Origin: an uncultured virus (IMG/VR IMGVR_UViG_3300025605_000006)
Lineage: Duplodnaviria; Heunggongvirae; Uroviricota; Caudoviricetes
Strand: one strand, 5' to 3'
Length of the DNA stretch: 64,000 nt
Virus record (IMG/VR): IMGVR_UViG_3300025605_000006
The position numbers and the translations under genes are program-made. Shown here piece by piece: positions 62,511 through 64,000 of this stretch. Each line of letters opens with the position of its first letter. The stretch's first letter is position 1. Below the pieces are notes generated by a model. That model made no database searches and had not been told where the DNA came from. It saw only the letters and a list, made by a program, of their open reading frames with translations.

Positions 62511-62801
62511 ATGAACAACGCCTTGAGCAGCAACCATTTCAGCACAGACATCCAGACCGGGGATGCGATGGAGTGGCTGAGGATCACTCACCCGGCCGAG
62601 TACCGCGGCATCCTTCAGGAGTTCCCCGAGTACGAAACCCGCGTCATGAGCGGGGCGTGGTGGGACACCGACGAGATGGGAGTTGACTTCGAGTGGGGAT
62701 CCTGGCTTACCGATGCCGTCGAGGCCACCGGGCTCGTGTTCTGGGAGGAGGGCGAACCCTTCGCTCTCACCCGAGACGAGGAGGGGTCCCCGACCTTCTA
62801 G
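62511..62801 (+). CDS. hypothetical protein (leaderless)
   Basis: TTGCGT(62476)-17-TATAGT-6-ATG. Confidence 0.7.
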   Translation: MNNALSSNHFSTDIQTGDAMEWLRITHPAEYRGILQEFPEYETRVMSGAWWDTDEMGVDFEWGSWLTDAVEATGLVFWEEGEPFALTRDEEGSPTF

Positions 62802-62924
62802 TTGACAGGACCGGACAAGTGTGCTAGGTGTCCGGTCCCCATAGGACCTCCTTGAGGCTAGGTTGTTTCACCTAATCTCAAGAAACCACTTGACACACCC
62901 GCCCGACGGAGGTAAGGTGAACAC

Positions 62925-63128
62925 GTGAGCACGACACGTCAAGCCGTCAACAACGCGATCCTCCGACTGGAGCACACCCTTGACGCCCTCGGGGTGCAGC
63001 TAGTGGAGTTTCACACAGAGGATGGTAACCAGTGGTCAGAGATCTACCACGCCCTCCGAGACATCACCTACCGGATCGAGAACCTCTCCAGCCGGATGCT
63101 CGATATGGAAGACGAGCAGCAGGAGTGA
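62925..63128 (+). CDS. hypothetical protein (leaderless, GTG start)
   Basis: TTGACA(62890)-17-TAAGGT-6-GTG. Confidence 0.7.
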   Translation: MSTTRQAVNNAILRLEHTLDALGVQLVEFHTEDGNQWSEIYHALRDITYRIENLSSRMLDMEDEQQE

Positions 63129-63199
63129 GGGGGGCCGGGCGTCCAGTCCGAATGGGACAGGATGCTTGACAAGTGAAGATCCCTCGTGTAATGTGGGCA

Positions 63200-63400
63200 T
63201 CAATATTATATTGAGCCCTCCCGCAAAAGTGGGGAGGGGACGGCATGGCGTTAGGTGTCATGCGCCTCTGAAGTGGCGAGAACTTCCCCTAGGGGTCTCA
63301 GTTTCTGTTCGCAGAACCTGAGACCCCTTGATCGAGGGTGGCGGTACCCTGGTGCAACTGTCGGGGGGTGGCAAGTTCGAGGCCCCCACCTGGCCGGAGG
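63200..63400 (+). ncRNA. candidate structured non-coding RNA of unknown class
   Basis: TTGACA(63166)-17-TAATGT promoter not followed by a start codon; at least five consecutive hairpins including a long UUCG-capped stem. Confidence 0.6.
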
Positions 63401-63451
63401 ACTGACAACCTGACACCTTCATAGAGTGATGCTGTCCGGAAGGTAGACTGA

Positions 63452-63637
63452 GTGACGGTGGACGCACACTCTTACCGGGTCCGTTTCCAGGACGGGAGAG
63501 AGGTGTCCTTCGGGACGGACTATCTGTCCGCTGTCCGGTTCGTTTGGACTGTGCGGGGCACACTGTCGGAGTTCGACGAGGACGGGTGCCTGGTCGCTTC
63601 CTACGACTACAGTGTCAGTCCTCTCCCCCTAGGATGA
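63452..63637 (+). CDS. hypothetical protein
   Basis: 61-aa protein-like ORF; start uncertain. Confidence 0.45.
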   Translation: MTVDAHSYRVRFQDGREVSFGTDYLSAVRFVWTVRGTLSEFDEDGCLVASYDYSVSPLPLG

Positions 63638-63767
63638 CGACCACCGGCTCGTCGGGGTCGGTATTGGGGATGGGGATGTTGCCTTCCAGTTCGGTCAGCA
63701 TGGCGGTCATCTCCGGGGTGATGTCGTCGCAGCGGTCGACGTGGTCGAAGTGGTCTGTGTTCTGCAT
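63615..63767 (-). CDS. small acidic hypothetical protein
   Basis: - strand TTGACA(63803) promoter, ATG near the predicted +1. Confidence 0.55.
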   Translation of the reverse strand: MQNTDHFDHVDRCDDITPEMTAMLTELEGNIPIPNTDPDEPVVVILGGED

Positions 63768-63865
63768 GTGTCTATTGAACATCATGGTGGGGGAGCGTGT
63801 CAAGTGGGGTTTTTAGGTGATATAACCCACTTGACAGGAGTTGCTCATCTAGTATCATGGGGCAC

Positions 63866-64000
63866 ATGAAGAAGCGAAGCCCCGCCCGCGAGACGCCCCG
63901 ATCCACGGGCAACATGCTGCGTATCAATCAGCGTGCTCACACGTTCAAGGATCGGAAGAAGGACGCGAGCCGCAAGGCTTGCCGAGGAAAGGTGTACGCA
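63866..64000 (+). CDS. small basic protein, runs off the window end
   Basis: TTGACA(63831)-16-TATCAT-7-ATG; MKKRSPARE... Confidence 0.55.
   Translation, partial: MKKRSPARETPRSTGNMLRINQRAHTFKDRKKDASRKACRGKVYA

Noticed and set aside
63360..63395. tRNA gene suggested by GTTCGA
   Set aside because: No cloverleaf with acceptor stem, D-arm and anticodon arm could be built by eye; no tRNA was recognised anywhere in the window

Overview
This 64 kb window is part of a large dsDNA tailed-phage genome, most likely infecting an actinobacterium. The host inference rests on an actinobacterial-type SSB, CGAAC-N4-GTTCG SOS boxes, widespread leaderless genes, and tail repeats that point tentatively to Acidimicrobiia. 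The 1-40.9 kb part is a dense + strand core region. It encodes a GGQ release-factor-like protein, SSB, dNMP kinase, DnaB, oligoribonuclease, a class II ribonucleotide reductase with three inteins, a macrodomain protein, a BFD ferredoxin and RecA. It also holds a 10-gene glycan-synthesis cluster, virion/tail genes, a phosphoesterase plus RNA ligase pair, a Rad52-like annealase, an AAA ATPase with a class 3 intein, and ThyX with a mini-intein. The 40.9-46.1 kb part is a - strand block followed by a repeat-rich, strand-skewed non-coding stretch that is a candidate origin or terminus. The 46.1-64 kb part is an early-type region built from about 20 repeated hairpin / TTGACA-N17-TAnnnT / gene cassettes, mostly leaderless. 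It contains rIIA/rIIB, ArdC, a DNA methyltransferase, twin Cys-His-Asp paralogues, three phased (GGACTNNN)n arrays, two tandem LexA-box elements and a promoter-driven structured non-coding RNA candidate. No capsid, large terminase, integrase, tRNA or CRISPR array was recognised. All calls come from reading motifs by eye; no searches were run.
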